Below are positions 38,898 through 50,495 of a stretch of 64,000 nt of DNA, piece after piece (within the stretch, counting starts at the first letter, position 1; each line of letters opens with the position of its first letter). The stretch is taken from the NCBI GenBank assembly GCA_051294905.1, contig CM119373.1, positions 3,908,001 through 3,972,000 of the forward strand, in the 5' to 3' direction. Under the pieces are notes generated by a model. It ran no database searches and was not told the DNA's origin. It saw only the letters and a list, made by a program, of their open reading frames with translations. The stretch is from Botryllus schlosseri (taxonomy: Eukaryota). Both the position numbers and the translations under genes were made by a program.

Positions 38898-41519
38898 GTT
38901 ATGACATTTGGCAAGGTAAGTCTTAATGTTAGTATCAAACGCTGTACCGAGTTTTAATTTTGTCACTGAACTGCGTTTGTGGTAATTTCGTTTCCTTATT
39001 CGAGTGAGAGCTGACTCGTCATTTATCGCTAACAGATTATACGCAAAGCCGGTATTGGTCTCTATTGATTTTAACGATGCTCCTTACCTAGATCCGTCAT
39101 GAGCTTTTGCACGGTATGTCTTGATTTTAGTATCGAACGCTGTGCCAAGTCTCTAGGTTGACACTCAATGATTAGGGCAGTAATTTCGTTTTCAAGGTCG
39201 AGTATGGTAGAGATGTGCTCCGATCTGACACTTTAGCCTACAACGCATCGCGGATTTCACGCAAAAGCCGGTGTATCTGCGGTAACGTTAACTGAGATGA
39301 TGATATCATTCTCAGTTTGCATTCAAATATTTACTTTGATATTATATTCTCCAATGTCAATTTCACTATATTTCACCGTGAAATTGTGCCCTTCAAGCCA
39401 TTTGCTTAGAACCCCTTGTCAAGCGCGATAGGCTGATAGCTATTTCGTTTTCGTTGGCGGCTAACAGCTGATCACTTGATCAGCCTATTCCTCAGTAAAT
39501 TTTACGCAAAATTCGGTGTTGGTCTGTTCGCATTAATTTTGACAGTGTACCATACCGAAAAGGGCCACGAGGCCACTTCTCGGTGATGTCATGTAACAGT
39601 GTACTAAGTCTAAGGCTTTCATCCATGTATTTATTCGGTAATAAATTTTCCTAAGGCGATTTCGCAGCAGACCTATAGACAGTAATAAAGCCGTATGTGT
39701 CGTGTTACAGTCTCCAGTTTCAAGGCCAAAATCTCCTATGCTGTACCGAGACCGAATTTCCGAGGCTGCTATTCTTAGTTCTTCAGAATGATGTTTTGGA
39801 TTCAATATGACAGGCCCAATCTATGAGATAACCATTGCGTATCTGTCCGAACTCGTTGACCTTTCCAATTAGGCTTACGCTATCTCTCGAGTTATAGTCA
39901 TTTCCATTTCTGCAGATAATTAGTCAGGTCTAGTGCGAACATGAACCGTGTTGAATCTTTGTTCCGTACGCCGTTTACGCAGTTACTTAGCCAGTTACCA
40001 CACTTCAAGTCGCAGCTCACCGGCGGACCTCTCGTGGCACATACGTTAAAATCACTGTTGCCGGGAAATTCATTTTACCGTACCATCATTAAGTTACCTG
40101 TTTACGTTGGAAAACGCTATTGTGACGTCATGTTGATAAAAAGTCGCTTGCATCCCTTGCCCCACCACCCGATATTGTCACGAGCCGCCACTGCTGCATG
40201 GTAGCTATTCACTGTGGTCTAGCAGTTCTACGTATATGTGAGCGATACAGCGCCTTCTTGCGTGCATATTTAACTCTATATTCGTTCATCGGTTCAAAAT
40301 CAATGACCACTCAATCTGTATTTCAGACAGCTTGCAAAATGCAATGACGCTATCATGCCCCATACTTCGAAAAGGCTACTTGACTTGAATTGTGACTTGA
40401 CTCGTGACTTGACTTGACTTGACTCGACTTGACTCGAGTCACCTCCAAAAATCGAGTGACTTGACTTGACTCGAGTCACCTTAGAAAATCGATTGACTTG
40501 ACTTGACTCGAGTCAAAATGGGCAATGACTCGAAATGACTCGTGACTCGAAGGTAGTGACTTGATCCCAACACTGGTGTCAGCATGGTATAATGATCCGA
40601 TTTTCATGAATGCTCGGGAATTCGTGCACAATGGTGTCGTTAACGATGCAACAGAGCGTGTGAAAAAATTATGACCGACCACGTTGCGTATAGGCCTATA
40701 TACCATAGTTGACGAAAAACAGCAAGCCTGTTCCTTACAAGCTGTGGAAGATTACAGGCAAGGATTTTAAAGTTTAGAAAAACCAGCCCTTTAGTTCACC
40801 TCATTAGTTTTGATTTTTGCCAAATTAATCCATTTCTTTGTCATGTTGTTTCGTTTCGTTATCCATTTCTCGGTTAAGTTGTTACTTTCATTAAATAATT
40901 GGATGTTAATGATGTCGCTGTGCGAGTGGATGGTACATTTACGGTTATATTGTGTGACATGGTTATTCGCGCAAAACGATGAACAGTCTTGGGTGTCAGT
41001 CTTAGCCCCGAGATCTCAGTCTGAGGAATGCTAAGGCCGTGTGCATTATGAAAATGATATCCTGAATCAAAATAATATAAATAGCAAGGTTTTGTGTCAC
41101 TCCAAACCATAACAGCTGCATGCAACCGGGTATTTATTGCATATACTAGGCTCGGAAACATCGCGGCTCTCAAATCACAGGGAATTTCCCATTTTAGGCC
41201 GAAAATGCTCCCACTTCAACATGCCCAGTGCCCACAGATGCAGGGATGAGTTACAGAAAAAAAGCAGCTAGAATACGTTTTTAAGGTATAGGGCACGGGG
41301 AACGGACTGAAAACCACGACTTTTTGAAAGTCGATCGGTTCTGAACAACCCTCAATTGTAGTAGGTTTGCGTTTTCGTTTTCGGCGCAATATACGCTGAG
41401 TAATATTGCATTTATTGCGACTTGTAATTCACTTGTACAGGTTATTTGGATATTGACAAATCGTAGGGACATGTGATCATCACAGTAACAATCTATAGTT
41501 GTATATTATGAGTAGAACT

Positions 41520-41851
41520 CGAGATATGGAATGGACTGCATTACTGAACCGTTGCTTGAATTGCAAAGCCAACAGATGTGGAAGGACAAGTTTAAAAAGG
41601 CTTCTTTGACTTAATTTTGGGAAAATGTGCAGTCGATGGAGCATAGTCTTTCAGATCTTTGCGAGCAAGCTGCAACTGCTCTTTTGCCATTTCTAACCAC
41701 ATACCTGTGTGAATCTGGGTTTTCAACTCTGAAGAGGATCAAAACGAAGTATCGCAATAGACTTCAATCGGAAGATGACACCAGATTGACAACCATAATT
41801 CCGGAATTCGTTAAACTTTCCAAGCAAGTTCAAGGAAAACGCTCTCATTGA
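41520..41851 (+). pseudogene. hAT Charlie/Buster-type transposase C-terminal remnant
   Basis: ALLPFLTTYLCESGFSTLKRIKTKYRNRL...QGKRSH*, with an upstream in-frame stop. Confidence 0.8.
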
Positions 41852-42349
41852 GTGTGCGTTGAGTGAATAACGGTGCTTGCTTTTTACGTTAATACCGTAA
41901 TACTCTCTTGGATAGAAATCAAAAAACCTAATTTTGGTTTATATATAGCTTTAAGTCCTCGGATCTAAAGGCGGGCTTGGGAATAGTCCGTGGGTCAAAA
42001 ATGTTGATAACCACTACACTACATCTTGGAAAATCAGCGGTCATGTGTTCGATTCCGGCTGGCTGTCCCCAAAATCCAGCCATGGGCGAGCATAACCAGC
42101 GCATGTCGCTGGCCCGGGTTGTATCTGGACGGGTATCGGGAGAATAGAGATTCAGAAGTCTTGTCGTATGAACCGAATATGAATTGTGCGGGTTGATAGA
42201 GCATAGTAGCTTGCAACCTAACATATCGATATCGCCTTCCGCCACATGCCACCTACTTTTGTCGCTTTCCTTTTATATTCTCTCCTTTACTTTTTATTCA
42301 GTGTGCATTGTACAATCTGTGGATGCCTCTTCCTCTACTTCGCCTAGGC

Positions 42350-42692
42350 CAGTGGTTCCCAACCTTTTTCGACCCATCGCCCCCTTTTCAAGCTCAGCAC
42401 CGATCATCGCCCCCCAAATTTTGTGTACCAAAAATTGGGCATACAAACCATAATCACCGGTGGGTTGACTAAAAAAGAAAGATCAACTTTTCGGCTCGAA
42501 GCCTAATTTGACACTTTTGTAACTAAATTTCCGTGGGTTGACTAAAAAAAAGGTCAGCTGTTTTGACGCGTCATCGCCCCCTTCGCTATTTTCGCCCCCC
42601 GTCGCCCCCTTTGTCCATTTTCGCCCCCCTATCGCCCCCTTCGTCATTTTCGCCCCCCTAGACCGCCAAATCGCCCACGTTGGGAACCACTG
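42350..42692. mobile_element. hAT-type MITE with TCGCCCCC repeats
   Basis: TIR CAGTGGTTCCCAAC / GTTGGGAACCACTG, perfect TSD GCCTAGGC. Confidence 0.9.
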
Positions 42693-43185
42693 GCCTAGGC
42701 CAAAGCGTGCGTCGCTGATTTCAAAGACTAATCGAAGTCGTTTCGACACCTTCTTTGCTATCTTTTCATTGTATCGCAGTTTCGTGGTGTTTTGAAATGA
42801 GGAAAATATTAATAAACTGATACTGATATTGCATTCCTTCTCTCCGACCAAGATACTCGGCACTTTGGCGTCAAAATCTTCACGACCAAGTCTCCGCTTT
42901 TTTCAAATGTCGGCGAGTCGAATCATTACGGCAGGTGTCGTCATTTCGCCAGATTAATCGATACATTGACCTCACTTTTGCAAAGTTCAAACGTATTTGG
43001 CGTAAAAAGTCAGGAAAATGATGGCGCGAATATCTGAGAGGTATTCCGCCGTGGTAGCCCCACATTCGGGAGAAGCTGAATATCTCTCTCACTCTCATGT
43101 TTAAATGCAGCTAGATCGGGAGATAACTCTATCATAACTTAAAATCTGTTTGCCATTTTCGACTTCTTATACCAGGTGTTCTTAA

Positions 43186-43633
43186 CACTTTGACTGCTAA
43201 CAATCCTAAATATAGGATTTTACTCAATCCCATGAAGTGCCAGAGCGATCCTATATTTAGGATATTTTTGAAATGAGTACAGTAAAGTCCAGAATTGGTT
43301 CTATCCCCGGATTACGGCTGTATCCGAGGCTGCTGAATAGGCTTGTTGTCATAAACCACCATTTTCGTTGCCGGAAGTATTTTTAAAAATCACATCTGCA
43401 TACAAGGTCAACTTTTTTTGGTTTGACCACTAGGTGGCTTTCCATAAAAATGAGCAGCAAAAAAATTGAATTATTTTTATAATTCCTTGATGTTAAATTT
43501 TTGTTTTCATAAGTTGCGCAAGGTTTGCACTTATCAGCACGCCCGATTCCAGCCTAATATCCAACTAGTCGAAAATTCATTGTTCGCTGGCGTTTACTGG
43601 CAATTTCCATAATAGGCCTTGGCAGCTAAAGTG
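43186..43633. mobile_element. TTAA-targeting (piggyBac-like) non-autonomous element
   Basis: TTAA|CACTTTGACTGC ... GGCAGCTAAAGTG|TTAA, with an internal ATCCTAAATATAGGAT palindrome. Confidence 0.7.
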
Positions 43634-45063
43634 TTAAAGTATGAGTCGCGTAGGCCATGGCCAACCGGCTGAAAGTCCCTGGTCTAGGCCAAGGTGGGTT
43701 TATGATTAAAAACTACTCTAAGTCGTTTCGATACCTTACAATCTTTTCAACATGTCGCAATCTCGTGCCAACTCTACGTAATTCGTAGTTTACCCACCTC
43801 TATGTAGCCAAGTTCTTCCCAGCCTTCTTCAGTTCATGACCAACTTTTAAATGCAAGTTTTATTGTGCGGTGGCCCACATGAGATATGAGCAAAGAATGA
43901 AAAGCAAATTAATGAGAAAAGAAACACATTTCTATACAAGTAATTTACAATTAATGAAAAAGTTGAGACCTTACAATTTTTTTCAGATCAAGTCTGGGCT
44001 TGATTATGGAGTCAAGCTCACACGCAACGGGGTATTAAGAGTAGGCCTATCCGTTTCCAGGCATTTCAGAATCAGGATGCTCGAAACTGGTCCAGCGAAT
44101 AGCGAGGTCTGTTAAGATACAAATTCAGCATGTTTCATTCGGAGATAGCGTAGTGGGGACGATAAGCGCATACATTGGGCGGCCCCAGTTCGATTCCCGT
44201 CGGAGGTTTATCTGGGCTTCTCTAACCCAGCCGTCGCCGTTCTTATGGCGACAAAAAACCCCAGAAAAGGGCCCGACGAATGAAAGCACTCACATGGAAT
44301 GGAAAAGAACTAGAAAAGCCCGTGGCTTCAAAAGATCAAAATCGAAAAGAACTTTTACATCGGGCACTCTAGGCCGAGGTGAATGTCAGTCTAAAAAGAC
44401 CACAACTGCGCGCCGTTCGACATCCTCCTATCCTTTCCTTACATCGCATTGTACATTGTGTGTGTCTTGTTCGGATGAAAATGTAACTAAACGATTATTA
44501 CAAATATTAAAGTACGTATTATAGGAATTAGGAAACGACAACGTCTCACCTAAAAGCCTTTGTTATAGTATAAATAAACACCTACTCGAAATGTGAAAAG
44601 TGGACAATGGACATTTAAGCGTTTTTGAGCGTCAGTTTTTAGCGAACAGTTTCTTGAGAAAAGAATACAGATATGGCAAGTCCTAGCAAATGTGTTATTA
44701 TAAATCCCTAAATTTCCAGGACGTGAATCTTTTGGGGGAGTAGCGGTCAAACTGTTGCAACAATTGTTCCAGATGATTACTTATTTGTTTAGAGGTGCCT
44801 AAATCAGGCCTTCAGCTTCGCTGAGCAGTGAAAAGGTATGGAGTCGTTTATTAGGGTTACCACATTTTAGGAATCTGGAAAGAGGATACACATTTTCAAA
44901 ATTTCAGACTTACAGTACCGGAGAAAAGTTGGTAAATTTACTCCGAGTTTGTAGTTGGTTTACTAAAAACGGTCGTCTTTCTGGCTCAACTCCCCAAAGA
45001 CCCGCCCACCGGTACGTAAGTGCTGATTTCATATATCTCAGTCCAATTTTCACATACATTTAA

Positions 45064-47540
45064 AGGTCAACTGCATCTCTATAGACAACTTTGCGGAATC
45101 ATGTTCAGAACTTTATTTTATACCTAAATTACCGACTTTCCGTGTTTCTACTCAATCGGAAATTGCCGTAATTTAGACTGAAAGTCCCAATATTGGCATG
45201 TTTACAGAAAAAGCAGAATGTGCATTGTGACGTCAAGTACATGACATCTCTATTCTCACCACAGCGGATATGTGTGATTGTGTGTTCGCCAAGACGCTGG
45301 GCGAATATTTGAGTTAGTTGTATGGCGAAGGACTCGCTTGTATGGTGTTAAAACTGAATCTGAGTACTTGAATGTAAGTATGAAATGCGGACGTGCTTCA
45401 GGTGGTGATTCGCTCGATCCCACATCAGTGGAACCCCTATCAGCTTCGTATGATGGGTCGGTTGGTAATCTGTAGTGTGATCAGCGTAAAAGCTAAATGA
45501 AATGCAGTATGGTAGCGGCCTATGTATAATTTGGTGGATTACTTCGTTTCAATTAGGAATCTTGCTACAATCAATCACATGTGTTAATATGGAGGTTGCC
45601 AGCTTAAATGCCAACTATCAGGGAGAGTTTGTGCTGACAGAATAAGAGTGAATCACAGCATTACCATGATTTCAATCAGCTTGTTGGGATGATGATGCAT
45701 TGAAGATGTCTTACTATAGATATGAACAGGATTATGGCCACAGAATTATAACATCTAGTTTGATGCATGAGTGAATGAGCCTCATTAAGATGAAACGGCG
45801 AGTCCGTTGCCAAGTAATTTCCTAACACTACACTTTTCAGGAAGCTGAGAAACACTGCACAGGAATTTCGTCCGATTGCTATGGGGATTCTGCAGAAAAC
45901 AACACGGAAAATCCTGCCTGCGCATGTCGTTACTGCCATCCGATCAAAAGTCACATCCAGTAGTTTCAAAGGATTTCAATTTTGAAATGCTTCATTGCGC
46001 ATGAAAATAGTAAATGCAACAAACTAATCCATCAACACTGCTACTGTATCAGGAAGAGAAACATATCGGGTTTTGTGTCCAGCAATATCATCATCCGAGC
46101 TAATTTTGACGATGCCGCTACTCAAATAAAATTGATGAACTCTGCCGTTCCTGGTCGTGTTTTGACGAGTGCATTGACTTCTTCATTGCAGTAATCTAGA
46201 GAAGGCAAAAAAATATCACAAGGTGTTATAACACAGTCAGATTGAAGGCAGTATTCCTTCTCAAGTATCATTAAATAAAGGATTGCAAACTGCATCCTAC
46301 AATGATGCGTATGGCTTGTGAATATGGTGAAATCTTATAATGGTTGTTTTGAACAGTTAACACAGTACTTTACGACAGTTATGGTGATACTGGTACTTTC
46401 TCATCTCCGCTGAGCTGCCAACATCTTGAGAGGGACATAGATTACGATATAGTAATGGATCATCGGTATTATCGTGTTGCTTTTGCTGCTTACATGATAA
46501 GTAGGCTTCCTGACTCATAGGCTACAGCTTCATCAGTCTATGATTTTATCAGGGTTGTAGCCAAGTGGCAAATTTCCGAGTCACAAGTCATCTCACTTCT
46601 ATAGTTTTGGCTCGAGTCGCGTCCTTTTCAATTATCCACGGAGTCCATAAAATAAAAGGAGGTCAGCGATGTAACCATCAGGTCATGCAGTCAGCTGGTT
46701 ACATACTCCCTTTTCAGTAACTAATGCCACTACTTCATTCAATGAGTGAAGTGGCTTAATTTTAGAATACTTCCACTTCAAAAGTTTTTGAAGGCATATA
46801 CGGTACCGTACTTAATTCTACATGTATACTTGAGTGCAAACAATAACTACTTTCGTTACTACCACAGTCAATACTAATAGAAACGGTTAGTTACAGTCTT
46901 ATAGTACTAGCTGACTCAATACATTTTCACTTACCGATTTCGGACAGTACGTAGCTTTAGAGGAGTACAGGTATTCCTCCGTGAAAATAAAGTGTGGACG
47001 GGAGTTGCCTGTCTTCGGTAGTCAACTAGCTTGTGTATCTCGGATACTTCATTGAAGCAAGATGGTTGGAAGTGATCCGCGCATGAATATGATTCTGTGC
47101 GCAATTTTGGTCTTCACGCGGTGTTCCGCACTGTTCAGCTAATCAGCTATAGGCGTCCGGTCGGCTGACGGCATATGGCTTGTGAAAGCGATGTAAGGAC
47201 ACTTTGAGTACCGCATATTGCGTATTGTAGCAGCCATACGCGACATAACGTCTACCTCCATTCCTCATCTTCTTAACAGCTTTCACGATCACACTGAAAT
47301 ACTCAAATCCACAGCAACAGGGATAACCTTATGCAAACCAGGTATCAAGACTTCTGCTGTGTCAGTTACATGACGTCATTTCATGGCTGAATGGTTTCGT
47401 TTCCGTTTTTTGACTTTTCGATTTATAATTTAAATTACTTGAAAACTATAAGGTATTTTCAATTTTCATTATTTTATTCATATTCCTAACCACATAATGT
47501 ACGAAATAAGGCAAAGTCATTTTTGAGATGCAGTTGACCT
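45064..47540 (-). mobile_element. Kolobok-type DNA transposon with a decayed THAP-domain transposase gene
   Basis: 16-bp TIR AGGTCAACTGCATCTC with TTAA on both sides. Minus-strand 46935-47268 reads MRNGGRRYVAYGCYN..VSLHRF.. and (frameshifted) YSCADHFQPSCF..ATPVHTLF, followed by a GTAAGT donor. Confidence 0.8.
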
Positions 47541-48791
47541 TTAACAAAAATTTTCAAAAAAGCGGACATATAGTCGTCCCCCGAGGAAACTATCAAAAAG
47601 AGGAAAAATTCTTTTAAGTTGTTTCGACACTCTCCTATCTTTTTATTGTGTCGCAGTTTTGTGGTGTTTTGAAACGATGAAAATAATAAAACTGACTGAC
47701 TGACCCATAGTCAGCCAACGATTTCTCTTTCTTTCTCTCTCCCTCTCCAGTGATTGTTGATCGCGAAGTTAATGAAGCGTTACAAACCAAGTGATCGTGG
47801 CAAAGTTTGGGGTCAAGTGTAGAATACGGCCACCTCGAGAAAGTGACCCCCATGACCATCACCGATTAATGTTGCACATGAACATCTCATAACTATTAGT
47901 GTTTCACATGACATCAACAAATGCTTCCCATGAACACGTCAAAATATTTTTTTTTGCCTTTGTGGAGAGACGGATATTAGGGTTGGGGACGGGGGGCGGG
48001 GGGGGGGGGGGGGGATATTAGGGCTAGGTTAGGGGTAATATTAGGGTTGGGTTAGGGGATATTAGGGTTAGGTTAGGGGTAATATTAGGGCTAGGTTAGG
48101 GGTAATATTAGGGTTGGGTTAGGGCAGAGGTCTCAAACTCAGATGTGCTCGCGGGCCAATTTCCTACTTTTGATGGCGCCGCGGGCCGCAGCACCAATCA
48201 ATAATAGGGGAATTCAGTGTATTTTCAAGTAGGCTTTATTTGACGGCACCTTGCAGACTGACATTCCACGCGCATCGTGAAAATGTGATATAGGCCTACT
48301 ATTGTTAATTCACGCCTGGCAAGAAAAAAAACACATTATAAAATATTTGAATAATATTGTTGCTGTAGACAGTTAGTTGTAGACACCATGCGAGAGAGCA
48401 AATGCATCAGGACATCGTAAAAGCTGTCGCGTTATAATTTTGCAGCTAGCGGTCATTTGACGCGTAACAATTATAGGTATAATTCGAGAATTTTACAAAG
48501 ATTGAACCATAGCAATTTACAACGTAGCTACGCTGTAAATTGCTATGATTGAACTGATATCAGAGCATTGGATCAGTACTGCCTAATCCGGGTTTCGGGC
48601 ATAGCCCTATTCCTGACAACTAGGCTATATTGATCATGTCATTACCAAAGTAAAATAGAATCAGCGTTAGATTTACCTTCGAATATTGAAACAGATCAAT
48701 AACAACTTGGACGTAATAAATACTGTGCCATAGCAATAGAAATGTGCAATCGTCGACGAATCCATTGGTGTTACTTGTTACGGCTGAGAAG

Positions 48792-50301
48792 CAATGTTCC
48801 CTCTAATTTTTCACGAGTCTGCGCAAACACGCCCACTCACTGCGCAGGCACTTGGACAACAGTGCGCAACCATGCCGCTCATAGGGTGGTAAACCTAACT
48901 TCTGGGGGGCTATGCCCCCCAGACCCCCCTCGGGTTCTACGCTTTTTGCAGCTACTTGCCATATGCATTGAGTGTCCGTTTAGTGGGTGTGAGGCTAGAC
49001 GCGCGAAGCGCGAAAATTTTCTATAATTCATGAATGAATCGGTCTATTGCTATCAATTTTTATGCTCTCTCTGCTCACGTAATCAGACTCACCGGTAGAG
49101 CCGATCGAGTGAGGAGTGTTGGAAAAGGTAGGAACCCTAAATAATAATTGAGCATCTTCGGGCGTACCCGTTGATATAATGACTTCGTCACAGGAGGCTA
49201 TTTCGTGAGCTCCATGCTGTCCAGTGTGCATATTTTACCATCCGAATATTCGTTTGCTATTTTAGCTTCGCGACATATTGTGCAGAGCAGACCTTCCTCA
49301 CTCGAAAAAGAAAAATCTCACCTAATTTTGTAGTTTTGTCTTCCGTTTTCACATACTCCACAACCACTCTATGTCAAACGAATCGCACTTCTTTGTTAAT
49401 TTGGCTTGGTGAGGGGATGAGAAACTAACCATTCGTTTTGTCACCATTAGAAGAGGTCAGTATAAACAGTGCTAAGCAGAATTAGCGAGTATTCACTCAA
49501 AGTTGGCCACACAGGCAAGCAGCTAGCCAAGACACTTGTAGCGACACACATGGACGATTAGACGCGGACGCCTATAACCGCGAGCATTATAGACGGCGAA
49601 TCGTAATTTTGTGCGATCATCTGTGACGTCACAATAACTACGTGTACATGTTGACATAGATCACTACTAGAGACATACACGCACGAGAACGCACTTCGAA
49701 TCAATACATGCGATCGATGTAGGCCTACCCCTACCGCATTAAAACACTGATGTGACGTCTTAATACCGACAATGCACTGATTACTATCAAGACATACAGT
49801 CAGATATAATGATACGAATATTCAATCAAGTCTGACTGAAGCAAGAACAATATCAGCATATGACCTTATCGACAGAAGATTCCCGTTCAAACGAATCTTT
49901 GTTTATCCATGTTATTTCGCCATTCCCGGAAAAGACTGCGCTATTGAAATGATATCGATCAGTATCGCTCACGCGTACGAGACCATACTAGAAGAAAAAT
50001 CTTATTCGTGAGGCACACGTCATTGCAAATTATCATTTCTTCACGGAGCGTAATATTTACCTTTATGGGCCGCACCTGTACCTCGGTTTCAATCTTCAGC
50101 GATAGTACTAATTGCCCCTGGCAATGTTCCCTATAATGTTTTACGAGTCTGCGCGCTTGCGCGGTCCCTTGAAGAGCATTGCGCAACGACAAAAAAAAAG
50201 TCATCACTTCGAATTTTTTGTGCGCAGCTTAGATTTTCTGTGCGCAGAGACTGTTTCAGCACTGCGCATTTGCGCACGTGCGCAGCTTAGAGGGAACATT
50301 G
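48792..50301. mobile_element. hAT-type element (CAATGTTCCCTCTAA); short relative at 52051-52224
   Basis: TIR CAATGTTCCCTCTAA / TTAGAGGGAACATTG, perfect TSD CTGAGAAG, TGCGC subterminal repeats. Confidence 0.88.
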
Positions 50302-50423
50302 CTGAGAAGCGTAGGCTACGACTACTTAATACTTGACACATTTAATTGGCGATCATAACATATATAAAGGTACCAAAGATGACACAGGATGTAACCAACT
50401 ATATACATCAAGGGGGGGGGGGG

Positions 50424-50495
50424 GGAGTGGCGCAGTTGGTTAAACACTGCAGTCACGTCACCAATGGTTGCTGGTTCGAGTCTTGGCTCTGCCAT
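50424..50495 (+). mobile_element. tRNA-like SINE head
   Basis: A-box TGGCGCAGTTGG and B-box GGTTCGAGTC without a proper cloverleaf. Similar heads occur at ~44140 and ~27070. Confidence 0.5.

Larger units (their letters stand above)
35725..39560. repeat. Diverged ~195-220-bp tandem array, interrupted by 35978-38897
   Basis: The motif AAGCCGGT(ATTGGT..ATTGATTTT) recurs at ~35920, ~39047, ~39265 and ~39510, and the units read through across the GTTATGAC TSD. Confidence 0.7.
14747..40193. mobile_element. Giant (25.4 kb) hAT-type TIR element enclosing a Fox gene, a NACHT-LRR-like pseudogene and nested TEs
   Basis: 14-bp TIR CAGTGGCGGCTCGT (14747) / ACGAGCCGCCACTG (40193); perfect 8-bp TSD CTGCATGG at 14739-14746 and 40194-40201; TTGCCCCACC subterminal motif near both ends. 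Confidence 0.85.
14223..40575. mobile_element. hAT-type MITE (GACTCGAGTC-rich, ~0.9 kb) split by a 25.4-kb insertion
   Basis: 12-bp TIR CAGTGTTGGGAT (14223) / ATCCCAACACTG (40575); perfect 8-bp TSD GTGTCAGC at 14215-14222 and 40576-40583; GACTTGACTCGAGTC arrays at both ends. Confidence 0.88.
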
